A stretch of DNA of 64,000 bases from the NCBI GenBank assembly GCA_038824035.1, contig JAWBBW010000004.1, positions 34,243 through 98,242 of the forward strand. Direction: 5' to 3'. This document shows, piece after piece, positions 1 through 10,271 of this stretch. The position numbers and the translations under genes are program-made. The notes beneath the pieces were generated by a model that saw only the letters and a list, made by a program, of their open reading frames with translations, searched no databases and was not told the origin of the DNA. Each line of letters starts with the position of its first letter. Within the stretch, counting starts at the first letter, position 1. The DNA is from Desulfurococcaceae archaeon. GTDB lineage: Archaea > Thermoproteota > Thermoprotei_A > Sulfolobales > Desulfurococcaceae.

Positions 1-980
1 ATCCCACTTCCTTCGTCATAGACCACGAGATATCCTGGGACAAGGTCTCTAAGCCTTATCCCTTTATCCGGGTCCACGGGCCTATCCTTTACGCATATGG
101 GCCCTGCTCCAGGGCCTCCGCCGCCATGAGGTGAGCTAAATGTCTTGTGTAGATTTAAATGGGCAATGTCGAACCCCATATCCCCTGGCCTTGTATAACC
201 CATTATGCCATTTAAGTTAGCACCATCGTAGTATAGTAGCGCGTCATATTCATGAATGATCTTCGCTATCTCTATTATGTTCTCCTCGAATAATCCGAAT
301 GTATTTGGATTAGTGATCATGAGGCCTGCCGTTGAATCCCCTACCACAGCCCTCAACGCGTTCATGTCTATGTTTCCATCGGGGTTAGATGGTATCTCTA
401 TTACCCTGAAACCCGCCATGCTCGCACTAGCCGGGTTTGTGCCGTGTGCACTATCTGGTATTATTATGTCCCTTTTCCTATCCAGTTGCCCACGTATTTC
501 ATGGTATTTCCTGATAGTTAATACACCAGCCAATTCCCCATGAGCGCCTGCCGCCGGGTGTAAGACACAGATATCCATACCGGTTATATTTGCAAGCCAT
601 TTCTGAAGTTCATACATTATCTCCAAGATCCCTTGTACAGTGCTTTCATCTTGCAGTGGATGTAAGTATAATATGTCCTCGTTGAACGCTATATCCCATG
701 CTATTCTTGGATTATACTTCATGGTGCACGAGCCAAGGGGCACAGGGCCTGTGTCCACTCCATGCGACATTTGCGATAACCTTGTGAAATGCCTAATGAC
801 CTCTATCTCGCTGAGCTCAGGTAGAGCTGGTTCTTTTTCTCTCAACATCTCAGCTGGGATCTCAAGTCCACCAACTAGTTCCTTTACATCGTTCTCTATG
901 TCTGGTAGCAGTATACCTATTCGGCCTGGAGAGCCCATTTCGAATACCAATGGCTCACTCCACTTGGATTGTCTATACAA
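1..980 (-). CDS. gcvPB: Glycine dehydrogenase (decarboxylating) subunit 2, partial (runs off left edge)
   Basis: Not in the ORF track. Minus strand from TTG at 980 (SD AGGTGA upstream) reads MYRQSKWSEPLVFEMGSPGRIG..., later PLGSCTMKYNP, PAAGAHGE and HLNLHKTFSSPHGGGGPGAGP (PLP-Lys motif). Directly follows gcvPA. Confidence 0.92.
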   Translation of the reverse strand, partial: MYRQSKWSEPLVFEMGSPGRIGILLPDIENDVKELVGGLEIPAEMLREKEPALPELSEIEVIRHFTRLSQMSHGVDTGPVPLGSCTMKYNPRIAWDIAFNEDILYLHPLQDESTVQGILEIMYELQKWLANITGMDICVLHPAAGAHGELAGVLTIRKYHEIRGQLDRKRDIIIPDSAHGTNPASASMAGFRVIEIPSNPDGNIDMNALRAVVGDSTAGLMITNPNTFGLFEENIIEIAKIIHEYDALLYYDGANLNGIMGYTRPGDMGFDIAHLNLHKTFSSPHGGGGPGAGPICVKDRPVDPDKGIRLRDLVPGYLVVYDEGSG

Positions 981-986
981 TTCACA

Positions 987-2396
987 TCACCTGTTATTCA
1001 ATATCTCTAGAAGGGCTTCAACGAGCAAGTCTATGTCTTTTTTCAAGTGAAGCTCCGTGAAAGCGAATAAGGCTGTTTCACCGAGTTCCTTGAAAAGCCC
1101 CCCTATATATAGCCCGCCATGAATACCTCTTTCCAATAGTTTAATATGTATGTGTGAATACCTAGTACCGGTTTTAGTGAATGATACTGGAAACTCGTTG
1201 AAGAAAGCTCCTTTGAACACATCCACGTCGAGTCCAGCTTTCCTCATTTTTAGCCATGCATAATGAGCTCTGTAATAATTGATCTCGGCTAATTTCTTGA
1301 CACCGTTTTTACCGAGCAACGATAGATATACCGCGACCGCTATCGCTACCAATGCCTCGTTTGTACAGATATTCGAAGTGGCCTTTTCCCTCCTGATATG
1401 TTGTTCCCTTGCCTGGAGTATCATTGCAAATGCCCTTTCACCGCCATCCAACGTGTTCGTTAAACCAATGATCCTGCCTGGCATTTGTCTTAATAAGTTA
1501 TTGTCATACCTAATGGCGAAGATCCCCAGGTGTGGTCCACCATAACTCATGCCTAGTCCAAATGGTTGTCCATCTCCCACCGCTATATCCGCACCAAGCT
1601 CTCCAGGCGGTTTTAAAAAACCCAATGACACCGGGTATACCCCTATTATAAACAAGGAGTCCTTCTCATGAGCTATCTCCCCCATTGCTTTTACGCCTGT
1701 CTCCACTATGCCGAAGAAATTAGGATATTGAACATATACAGCCGCTGTATCGTGGTCTACTTGCTCCTTAAGCTCCTCAATATCCACCATACCGGTGTAT
1801 TCATCATATTTAACATTTACTATCTTGACATTGTGCGGCCACGTATATGTCTCCACCACTTTCCTATGCCATGGATTCATATTACTGGGTAATATTATCT
1901 TCTTCCTATCTTTCTTAACCCTCAGAGCCATTAACACGGCCTCTGCCAGCGAAGATCCCCAGTCATACATGGAGGCATTGACGATATCCATATCGAGTAA
2001 TTCCGCCATCAAGCTCTGGTATTCAAACAACGCTTGCATCAATCCCTGCGAGATTTCGGCTTGATAAGGTGTATATGCTGTGAGGAACTCGCCTCGTGAA
2101 ATAATGTATTTCACAACCGGTGGGACATAGTGAGGATATACACCGCCCCCCATGAATGGGGGTGCAACGAGTTTCTTATTCTTAGATAATTTCTCGTTGA
2201 TAATCCTCTTCACCTCGATTTCCGATAACGGTCTTCCAAAGCCTATTTCAATGGAATTCCATAGATCCCTTGGGATCCTGAGGTCCCTGGGTATGTCGTT
2301 GAATAATTCCTCTACATCTTTAATGCCAATCGTCTCTAGCAGTTTGCCGAGATCTCTTTGCGTGGAACTAGGTATCCATGGGTTTGATCTACTCAA
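987..2396 (-). CDS. gcvPA: Glycine dehydrogenase (decarboxylating) subunit 1
   Basis: Motifs FLTAYTPYQAEISQG, NASMYD, REQHIRREKATSNICTN. Confidence 0.95.
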   Translation of the reverse strand: MSRSNPWIPSSTQRDLGKLLETIGIKDVEELFNDIPRDLRIPRDLWNSIEIGFGRPLSEIEVKRIINEKLSKNKKLVAPPFMGGGVYPHYVPPVVKYIISRGEFLTAYTPYQAEISQGLMQALFEYQSLMAELLDMDIVNASMYDWGSSLAEAVLMALRVKKDRKKIILPSNMNPWHRKVVETYTWPHNVKIVNVKYDEYTGMVDIEELKEQVDHDTAAVYVQYPNFFGIVETGVKAMGEIAHEKDSLFIIGVYPVSLGFLKPPGELGADIAVGDGQPFGLGMSYGGPHLGIFAIRYDNNLLRQMPGRIIGLTNTLDGGERAFAMILQAREQHIRREKATSNICTNEALVAIAVAVYLSLLGKNGVKKLAEINYYRAHYAWLKMRKAGLDVDVFKGAFFNEFPVSFTKTGTRYSHIHIKLLERGIHGGLYIGGLFKELGETALFAFTELHLKKDIDLLVEALLEILNNR

Positions 2397-2499
2397 TTAG
2401 ATCACACGTCATACTCACTATCGTGTACCAAATACTTAAGTGTCATTTTTTACTTTTTCCAATAATGAATAAAAACAATTGACATGGGTAAGTATTTAT

Positions 2500-3618
2500 A
2501 TGCCTCGGATACCATTGCTAGATCTCCATTTGGAGAGGCTTGGTTGTGAGACCGGTTTTTTCAGCGGTTGGGAAGTGCCACTGAGGTATACCAGTGCTAT
2601 TGAAGAGCACATGAATGTACGTAGAGATGTCGGCTTTTTCGATGTCTCCCACATGGGCAAGATCTCGTTGAAAGGTCCCGACGCGTTTCCACTAATACAG
2701 TACATATATACCAGGGATATGAGCAAGGTCAAGGAATACCATATGAGTGGCCCCACACTAGCCTTAAATGAATATGCCCGTGTAAAGGATGATGAAATGC
2801 TTTATAAAATACATGACGAGGAATGGCTCGTGGTGGCTAACGCGATCGCTACTAACAAGATGATTGAATACATTGAAAACGTTGTCAAGGGAAAGGGGTT
2901 TAGAGTTAAAGTAATGGACCTCACTCACGAATACTCTATTATAGCATTACAAGGGCCAAGATCAATTGATGTTATGGAATCCATTGGCGCGAAATGGGCA
3001 GGTGACTTGAAGCCGCTGGAATTTGTGACCAACGTGGAGATAAGTGGTTCTAAATTGTTCTTAGTGAGTAGAAGTGGTTGGACAGGTGAAGATGGATTCG
3101 AGATCTGGGGACATCATGGCGAGATCAAAAGGTTCTTGGAAATGCTTATTGAAAAAGGGGTTAAACCAGCTGGCCTCATAGCGAGGGATACCCTTAGAAT
3201 TGAAATGGGATACGTGCTTAATGGCCAGGATTATGGAGAAGATCCATTGAAATACCCATGTGCTATCAGCCTCAGGTATGGAATGGGGGCTATTTCTTGG
3301 AGTAAAAGAGGATATGTGGGTGAACAAATGTTGAGATCATATAGAATAGAGGGGGTTAAATGGGTTAGAATGGGGTTGAAGCTGAGTAAAGAAGCCGGTA
3401 AGTTATTTCCAAGAAATGGCGCCGGCATATATGTTGAGAACAATATGATAGGGTGGATCACGAGTGGTTGTTACTCTCCTGTGTTGAACAGGGGTATTGC
3501 AATGGGCTATATCAGGGCAGAATACGCCATCCTAGGTGAAGAGGTTGAAGTGGATATAAGGGGTAATAGGTATTCGGCCAAGGTAGTTGATTTTCCATTT
3601 ATTAATATTAATAAATAA
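2500..3618 (+). CDS. gcvT: Glycine cleavage system aminomethyltransferase T
   Basis: FDVSHMG, ALQGPRS, SRSGWTGEDGFEI, ARDTLRIEMG. ATG 2500 preferred over TTG 2479. Confidence 0.93.
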   Translation: MPRIPLLDLHLERLGCETGFFSGWEVPLRYTSAIEEHMNVRRDVGFFDVSHMGKISLKGPDAFPLIQYIYTRDMSKVKEYHMSGPTLALNEYARVKDDEMLYKIHDEEWLVVANAIATNKMIEYIENVVKGKGFRVKVMDLTHEYSIIALQGPRSIDVMESIGAKWAGDLKPLEFVTNVEISGSKLFLVSRSGWTGEDGFEIWGHHGEIKRFLEMLIEKGVKPAGLIARDTLRIEMGYVLNGQDYGEDPLKYPCAISLRYGMGAISWSKRGYVGEQMLRSYRIEGVKWVRMGLKLSKEAGKLFPRNGAGIYVENNMIGWITSGCYSPVLNRGIAMGYIRAEYAILGEEVEVDIRGNRYSAKVVDFPFININK

Positions 3619-3660
3619 TTTTTTACAAGATTCGCTGTATTTTCATAATAGGGTGGTATC

Positions 3661-5013
3661 TTGGCATATGAATATGGCGAATCTCCGGGCTTAGATGCAC
3701 TTATCGAGATCTACCCTGATCTAAGGGAGGTTTTGAATCTAACCATAAACCACACAGTGTGGAGAAAGAGAGAATGCTTGAACATGATTGCAAGTGAAAA
3801 CGTCATGTCACCATTGGCTATGCTTGTCTACTTAAATGACATGATGCATAGATATGCCGAGGGGAAACCGTATAAGAGGTTTTACCAAGGGCTTAAATAT
3901 GTAGATCCTCTCGAAACCAAGGCACAGCAGATCCTAGGCGATCTATTGAACACTAAATATGTCGATCTACGCCCAATAAGCGGGACAACGGCCAATGCAT
4001 CTGTGTTCAGGGCTTTCACGAAACCGGGTGATAAGGCTGTGGTTGTGCCAGTGCAAGCCGGTGCCCATGTAAGCCACACACGACATGGCACACTTGGTGC
4101 ATTGGGAATACAGCAGATTGATATGCCATTCGACATAGAGGAGTGGAATATAGATGTGGATAAGGCTACTAAGTTGATCGAGGAGGTTGAGCCGAAAATA
4201 GTGACCCTTGGTGGTTCCCTTTACTTGTTCCCACATCCCACAAGGGAGATAGCGGAGGTAGCACATAGAGTAGGAGCTAAGGTGATCCACGACGTCGCAC
4301 ATGTACTTGGCCTCATAGTTGGCAAGGTATGGGAAAACCCGCTTGAGCTCGGAGCCGATGTAATCACGTCATCAACTCACAAGACTTTTCCAGGCCCTCA
4401 AGGAGGTCTAATAGCCACTTCTAATGAAGAGGATTACAAGGAGATCGGTAAAGTGGTGTTCCCGATGTTTGTCTCCAATCACCATTTACATAGATTATCC
4501 GCAACAGCTGTCACAGCTATCGAGATGAAGATATGGGGACAACAATACGCCAGACAAGTAGTTGAGAACGCTAAAATCCTTGCCGAGGCGCTCGCCAACG
4601 AAGGGTTTAAGGTAGTTATGGAGAAGAAAGGGTTTACTCAAAGCCACCAAGTGGTTCTTGATGTCACCAATATGGGTAGAGGCTCTAAAGTGGCTTTGAT
4701 GCTCGAGGAGGCAAATATAATTGTCAACAAGAACATGTTACCATGGGATAAGCCCGAAGATGTCAAGGACCCGAGTGGGTTGAGACTTGGCACACAGGAA
4801 TTGACAAGGTGGGGTATGGGCAAAGACGAGATGATCGAGATAGCCAGGTTTATGAGAATGGTTGTTATCGATAAAAAAGATCCAGCGGATGTCCGTAAAA
4901 AGGTCGTGGAGTTCAGGAAAGACTTCATGGAGGTCCAATACGGTTTCAAGATCACTAGAGAAGATGAGACAAGGTTATTAAAAATAATGCTACACGCGGA
5001 GAGGTGGGATTAA
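3661..5013 (+). CDS. glyA: Serine hydroxymethyltransferase
   Basis: [27 protein letters not shown] (PLP lysine), SGLRLGT. Confidence 0.95.
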   Translation: MAYEYGESPGLDALIEIYPDLREVLNLTINHTVWRKRECLNMIASENVMSPLAMLVYLNDMMHRYAEGKPYKRFYQGLKYVDPLETKAQQILGDLLNTKYVDLRPISGTTANASVFRAFTKPGDKAVVVPVQAGAHVSHTRHGTLGALGIQQIDMPFDIEEWNIDVDKATKLIEEVEPKIVTLGGSLYLFPHPTREIAEVAHRVGAKVIHDVAHVLGLIVGKVWENPLELGADVITSSTHKTFPGPQGGLIATSNEEDYKEIGKVVFPMFVSNHHLHRLSATAVTAIEMKIWGQQYARQVVENAKILAEALANEGFKVVMEKKGFTQSHQVVLDVTNMGRGSKVALMLEEANIIVNKNMLPWDKPEDVKDPSGLRLGTQELTRWGMGKDEMIEIARFMRMVVIDKKDPADVRKKVVEFRKDFMEVQYGFKITREDETRLLKIMLHAERWD

Positions 5014-5441
5014 TGAGCGAGATCATCGTGGAGATAGGCAAGAGGAAATACATTGTCAAGGCTGATAGAAAATACACAGAAACCGATGAATGGGTATTAA
5101 TGGAGAAATCCGGCGCGAAAATAGGCATAACTGATTACGCACAAAAGGAGCTAAAGGACGTAGTCGCAATAGAGATGCCTGAGCTAGGCAGGGTTGTGAA
5201 AAAAGGCGAGGAATTAGGCATGATAGACTCGGTGAAGGCTACATCGCCTTATTACGCCCCGATCTCTGGTAAAATAGTGGCTGTGAACAAGGAATTGGAG
5301 ACCTCGCCAGAGCTCTTGAATAAGGATCCATATGGAGCTGGCTGGATACTCGTAATAGAGCCCAGTGATCCAAGCGAATATGAAGAACTCTTAACACCGG
5401 AGAAATACGTGGAATTGATCAAGAGTAGGAAACGGCAGTGA
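5013..5441 (+). CDS. gcvH: Glycine cleavage system H protein
   Basis: GITDYAQ, IDSVKA (lipoyl-Lys), LLNKDPYGAGWI. ATG overlaps the glyA stop (TAATG). Confidence 0.93.
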   Translation: MSEIIVEIGKRKYIVKADRKYTETDEWVLMEKSGAKIGITDYAQKELKDVVAIEMPELGRVVKKGEELGMIDSVKATSPYYAPISGKIVAVNKELETSPELLNKDPYGAGWILVIEPSDPSEYEELLTPEKYVELIKSRKRQ

Positions 5442-5458
5442 AGTGAAAGGGGCGTATT

Positions 5459-6172
5459 GTGGAAAACCAAATATCATTTCCAAAGTTAACTGCTAAGGAA
5501 CTCGCATCGATGATTGACCATACATTGTTGAAGCCGGATGCTGATTACAAATTGCTCGAGAAATACATAGATGACACAAAGAGATATGGCTTTAAACTAT
5601 TAATAATACCGCTCTCGCTTGTGGAAAAGGCATTAGAAATTAGTGGCAAGACCATTGACATAGGCACTGTGATAGGGTTCCCTCTAGGTAATACATCCAT
5701 TAATGTGAAAGTGGCTGAAGCAATTGAAGCGGCCGAGCTCGGCGTGGCCGAGATAGATATGGTCATGAACATCAATTTGTTTAAATCAAGGGAATATGAC
5801 AAGGTATTAGAAGAGATAAGGAGAATTGTGAGTGAAAGTAGGAGACGCGGAGTCAGGACAATAAAAGTGATCATAGAGACGGGTTTACTAAGTGATGATG
5901 AAAAGGCCGCGGCAACCGAGATCGTCGCGAAATCGGGAGCTGATTATGTAAAGACCTGTACAGGGTTTCTAGGCTCTGTCGCGACAATTCACGATGTTTA
6001 TTTATTGAATAGAGTGGCTAAGGGAAGGGTTAGGATTAAGGCAGCTGGCGGTATAAGACATGCCGTGGATGCGTTAACGATGATAATGGCTGGGGCTAGT
6101 AGGATAGGGACAAGCACAGGCAATGTCATTATAGACGAGTTTCAACAACTCGAAAAAGCCTTTGATATTTAA
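5459..6172 (+). CDS. deoC: Deoxyribose-phosphate aldolase
   Basis: IDHTLLKP, VIGFPLG, EIDMVMN, KVIIET, YVKTCTG, KAAGGIR, RIGTS. Confidence 0.93.
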   Translation: MENQISFPKLTAKELASMIDHTLLKPDADYKLLEKYIDDTKRYGFKLLIIPLSLVEKALEISGKTIDIGTVIGFPLGNTSINVKVAEAIEAAELGVAEIDMVMNINLFKSREYDKVLEEIRRIVSESRRRGVRTIKVIIETGLLSDDEKAAATEIVAKSGADYVKTCTGFLGSVATIHDVYLLNRVAKGRVRIKAAGGIRHAVDALTMIMAGASRIGTSTGNVIIDEFQQLEKAFDI

Positions 6173-6204
6173 TAAAGGTTGGCGATTTTAACGGAATAAA
6201 GACG

Positions 6205-7062
6205 GTGTCACCCATGTACGAGGGCATATATCTCGTAGAACCAGCTGGAGGAGGGCTGAAGCTGCTGTTCAAAATAATCAAGGTATATGCCACGGAGAAA
6301 TCGCCTTACCAAGAAATAGTGTTAGCCGAGCTCGAGGGTTTTGGAAAAGCACTTATAATAGATAATTTCATACAGAGCGCTGAGAAAGATGAATATATAT
6401 ACCATGAGTTATTAGTTCATCCAGCTATGGCTACTCATCCAAGTCCTGAAAATGTCCTGATAATAGGAGGTGGCGAAGGCGCGACACTGAGAGAAGTGTT
6501 GAAACATAGCTGTGTGAAAGAGGCCGTGATGGTTGATATAGACCCCATAGTGGTCGAGTTTTCGAAGAAATACCTTGAATACATGCACCAGGGCAGTTTC
6601 TATGATCCAAGGGCAAAAGTCTTGATCATGGATGGCAAGGAATATGTCGAGAAGGCGCCATCTAATTACTTTGACGTGGTTATAATGGATCTAACGGACC
6701 CCTATGCAGGCGAGGTTGCAAAGCCTCTATATAGTGAAGGGTTCTTCAGGGAATTGAAAAGGATTTTAAAACCAAATGGTGTATTGGCAACACAAGCTGG
6801 AAGTAGCTATTTCTACAGGAACGAATACATATATGTAAGGGATAACTTGAGAAAAGTGTTTAAAAACACCGTAGAATATTGGTTCTGGATACCTAGTTTC
6901 GGGTTAAACGTGAATTTCATAATTGCCTCAGATCTTTATGACCCCGCTAAGACATCGAAGATCATGGATGAGATCTTGCGTAAAAGGGGCGTTAAAACCA
7001 GGTTCATCAATGGGGGTATCTTAGAGGGCTTGATCAACATAGGGGTTTTGTATCCAAGTTGA
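6205..7062 (+). CDS. speE: Polyamine aminopropyltransferase (spermidine synthase family)
   Basis: KSPYQEI, YHELLVHP, VLIIGGGEG, MVDID, DVVIMDLTDP. Confidence 0.9.
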   Translation: MSPMYEGIYLVEPAGGGLKLLFKIIKVYATEKSPYQEIVLAELEGFGKALIIDNFIQSAEKDEYIYHELLVHPAMATHPSPENVLIIGGGEGATLREVLKHSCVKEAVMVDIDPIVVEFSKKYLEYMHQGSFYDPRAKVLIMDGKEYVEKAPSNYFDVVIMDLTDPYAGEVAKPLYSEGFFRELKRILKPNGVLATQAGSSYFYRNEYIYVRDNLRKVFKNTVEYWFWIPSFGLNVNFIIASDLYDPAKTSKIMDEILRKRGVKTRFINGGILEGLINIGVLYPS

Positions 7063-7191
7063 TTTTTTGATTAATCATGAAATTGAGGAAAAATGTTTTA
7101 GCGAAAACGACAACCATGAACAATGCTCAAGTCCATGCGATCATTTGAACGCATTAACTGAGATCACATCGATATTATGAAGAACCATATG

Positions 7192-7833
7192 TTATTTCCT
7201 AAGCCTGCTTTTGAATAATTCCATTTGTAATTTGAGGGACTCTTCGGGGATTAAATAGGGCTTGCCAATCAATTTGCTTAATATATATACCTGGGCAGCC
7301 CTCTCCACTAACACGAGGATCTCTAGTGCCTCCTCCAAATTTTTACCACAAGCAACCACTCCATGATTAGCTAATAGGGCTGCTTTACGGCCTTCAAGCG
7401 CCTTGACAACGTTCTCTGCTAGTTCTTTACTACCGAAATGAGCATAGTCTGCCACCCTTACCTCGCCTCCCACGTATATCACTATCTCCTCTATGACAGG
7501 TGGTAAAGGCTCTCTCACGGCTGCTAATGCCGTTGCATATATGGTGTGTGCGTGTATCACGGCATTTATATAATCATATGCTTTATATATACTTGTATGT
7601 AATGGGTATTCAACCGTGGGTGGGAGCGTGCCCTCGATTACCTTGCCATCCAATGTCATTACGATTATATCCTCTGGCCTTAACTTAGCCTTGTGTAAAC
7701 CACTAGGGGTCATTAAGACATGCCCTGTTTCCCTGACATATACGCTTACATTTCCAGATCTGCCGTAGTTTAGCCATCGCTCTTCTAAGTAACTCATTAC
7801 ATCCGCCATAGCTGTCTTTATCTCCTCGTACAT
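7192..7833 (-). CDS. Class II aldolase/adducin family protein (FucA/MtnB-like)
   Basis: SGNVS, TPSG, E..LH..IY, HAH, LLANHGVV metal-binding motifs. Confidence 0.88.
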   Translation of the reverse strand: MYEEIKTAMADVMSYLEERWLNYGRSGNVSVYVRETGHVLMTPSGLHKAKLRPEDIIVMTLDGKVIEGTLPPTVEYPLHTSIYKAYDYINAVIHAHTIYATALAAVREPLPPVIEEIVIYVGGEVRVADYAHFGSKELAENVVKALEGRKAALLANHGVVACGKNLEEALEILVLVERAAQVYILSKLIGKPYLIPEESLKLQMELFKSRLRK

Positions 7834-7906
7834 GTGGGTCCCTGGATAATAGTTATATAATCATGATTAATTAAGGTGTTTCATAGCAGTGTCCAATTCA
7901 TTGATA

Positions 7907-9265
7907 CTAGCTTATTCGCTTTCTCTTGACTATTAATACACCGTCATCGCGTATATCGATTACGACAACGTATTCATCGGCTTGTATGTTCTCATCTGAA
8001 ATAGCTCTCCAATACTCACCCTCCACTTTGATGAAACCTATCTTACCTGGTTCAAGGCTTTCCACGGCTCTACCTATTTTACCGACAGGAGTGTATTGAA
8101 TTGGTTTCTTGCGTTTCACTTCAACCACTTTGTAAATTGCAAGCCCAAATACTGAACCAAGAATTAGCGCTGTCCCTATTATAAATACCCTCAACGCCAT
8201 GATGTACTCCCCTGGCGGTAAAGCCCCCGTGGGTATGTATACAGGCAATAGCGCCAGGCCCAGTGTAAGCAAAACCACACCGCTTATCCCTACAATACCG
8301 AAACCCGGTAACACGAATAGCTCTATAGCCAATAAGATCGCCCCTAACAATACGAGAAATGTCGACACCATGTTTGGGTTTATACCAGTTCCGATCAAGC
8401 CTAGCAAGATCATAGCTATGCTTATAGGCAAAACAACCAGTCTACCAGACACAAGGGCAAATATTGTGGCTAAAACCCCTATTGACAGCAATACATTGGC
8501 CAGGTATGAATTGGAGAGAATAGATAAAAACCTGGAACGCAGACTACATGAAAACTCCTGGATATCCCTGCGATTTATACTCAGTTTTATCGTTATCCCA
8601 GATACATTTAATTCCAAGTCACGTAATTTCTCAATTAATTCGTCCAAATCCTCCACCTCTATATCACCGATGTTCTGATCCACTGCTGTCCTCGAATTCA
8701 CTACCTTGGAGCGAAGTATGAACTCCTCGATCAACGATATATTTCTGCCTCTCTTATTCGCGTAGACCCTGGCCTTCTCTATTATGGGATTTATGACCTT
8801 TGACTCATTGAGGAACACTATTTCCCCTGTAGCTGGGTTAACCATGACTGGTTGCATAGCACCTATTATCGAGTTTTTCTGCAAAGCTATGAAATCCGCT
8901 GGGAGTATTATCAATGTCCCGGCACTCAGGGCTTTATTCTCCACGTAGGCTATTACTGGCACCTTGGCGTATAATATGGAATCACCTATTCCAAAAGCCG
9001 AATCCAAATACCCGCCATAGGAGTTAACTCTATATATAAGCACTGCGTTTATTCCCTCAGCATATCTAAGCGCGTCTATAAAACACTCTTTAACGCCCTC
9101 GTCAATGGTATCCCATGGCGGGGTTATATCTATTAAAACAGCCCTAGTGAAAAACAATGGGGTCTCGCTCTGACCGCTCATCTCTAGATAATATACCGGC
9201 ATAATCACGAATAGGATCAATATGGATAGTGATAAAACCCTGGTGAAAGCGATGAGTTTCAACAA
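7907..9265 (-). CDS. nfeD: NfeD family membrane-bound serine protease (ClpP-like domain, TM region, OB fold)
   Basis: NSYGG, ALSAG, IGAMQPV; several TM helices; C-terminal GFIKVEGEYWRA; adjacent to a stomatin gene. Confidence 0.88.
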   Translation of the reverse strand: MLKLIAFTRVLSLSILILFVIMPVYYLEMSGQSETPLFFTRAVLIDITPPWDTIDEGVKECFIDALRYAEGINAVLIYRVNSYGGYLDSAFGIGDSILYAKVPVIAYVENKALSAGTLIILPADFIALQKNSIIGAMQPVMVNPATGEIVFLNESKVINPIIEKARVYANKRGRNISLIEEFILRSKVVNSRTAVDQNIGDIEVEDLDELIEKLRDLELNVSGITIKLSINRRDIQEFSCSLRSRFLSILSNSYLANVLLSIGVLATIFALVSGRLVVLPISIAMILLGLIGTGINPNMVSTFLVLLGAILLAIELFVLPGFGIVGISGVVLLTLGLALLPVYIPTGALPPGEYIMALRVFIIGTALILGSVFGLAIYKVVEVKRKKPIQYTPVGKIGRAVESLEPGKIGFIKVEGEYWRAISDENIQADEYVVVIDIRDDGVLIVKRKRIS

Positions 9266-9270
9266 GCAAC

Positions 9271-10065
9271 TCAGCCTTGTCCAGTTCTTTTCTCATGCTC
9301 CTTAATAGCCCTGTATACCCCTATCATGCCTCCAAGTGCCGGAGAAGAAGTCTCTGTGACCACTACGAGGGATTTCTCCCTGGCAATCTCTATGAGTGTC
9401 TGTAACTCCCTCAGCCTCATCGCAGTCGGGTGTTCTTCGTATATTCTAGCAGCATCTGCCAATATCAATGAGGCCTGTCTCTCGCCCTCCGCCTCTATTA
9501 TCCTAGCCCTTCTCCACCTTTCGGCCTCAGCTTGCTTAGCCATAGCCCTTGTCAGCTCTTCTGGTAATTCAACGGACTTGATTGTCACAGCAACTATTTT
9601 AATGCCCCATGGCAATGTCATCTCATCCAATATCCCCGAGATCTTTTTATTCAACTCCTCTCGTTTCTGCAATAAGTCATCCAAGTCCACTTGGCCAAGG
9701 ACATCTCTCAGGACTGTTTGACCCAGCATGCTCACAGAGTAATGGTAATTCGCCACCTTTGTGATCGCCGATATGGGATCAACTACGCGGTAATATATCA
9801 CTGCATCCACTTTAACACTGACATTATCTCTTGTGATGACTTCTTGTTTAGGCACATCGACCGTCACTATTCTCAGGTCCACTTTTGCTATAGTATCGAA
9901 GAACGGTATGATGATTATTAAGCCAGGCCCTTTAGCCTCTTTCAATCTACCTAGTCTGAACACCACTGCTCTCTCATATTCCTTTATTATCTTTATGGCT
10001 GAAGTTAATAACGGTATGCCTATGAATAGTATTAGCAATACTACTATCAACACTGTTAGGAGCAT
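9271..10065 (-). CDS. SPFH/stomatin (band 7) protein
   Basis: EYERAVVFRLGR, QEVITRDNVSVKVDAV, AKQAEAER. Confidence 0.92.
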   Translation of the reverse strand: MLLTVLIVVLLILFIGIPLLTSAIKIIKEYERAVVFRLGRLKEAKGPGLIIIIPFFDTIAKVDLRIVTVDVPKQEVITRDNVSVKVDAVIYYRVVDPISAITKVANYHYSVSMLGQTVLRDVLGQVDLDDLLQKREELNKKISGILDEMTLPWGIKIVAVTIKSVELPEELTRAMAKQAEAERWRRARIIEAEGERQASLILADAARIYEEHPTAMRLRELQTLIEIAREKSLVVVTETSSPALGGMIGVYRAIKEHEKRTGQG

Positions 10066-10271
10066 TTATAACCCACCCATGTGTCATATGAGTAAACAGC
10101 ATTATAAATGATTAATCTATAACATAGCCAATATAGTCCCGAGACGCCACTAGGCCATTAATGGTTAACGGGGTAGCCATGGAAAAATAGCGTGTTAACC
10201 ATGTTGTTTGAAAAAATTAATGTATTAATGTATTTCGACATAGTAGTACTTGCCTAAAGAGGTAGGCCTGA

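Noticed and set aside
7063-7191. Scattered ATGAAGA/CTGA boxes between speE and the aldolase
   Set aside because: Order and spacing do not fit a C-D'-C'-D layout.
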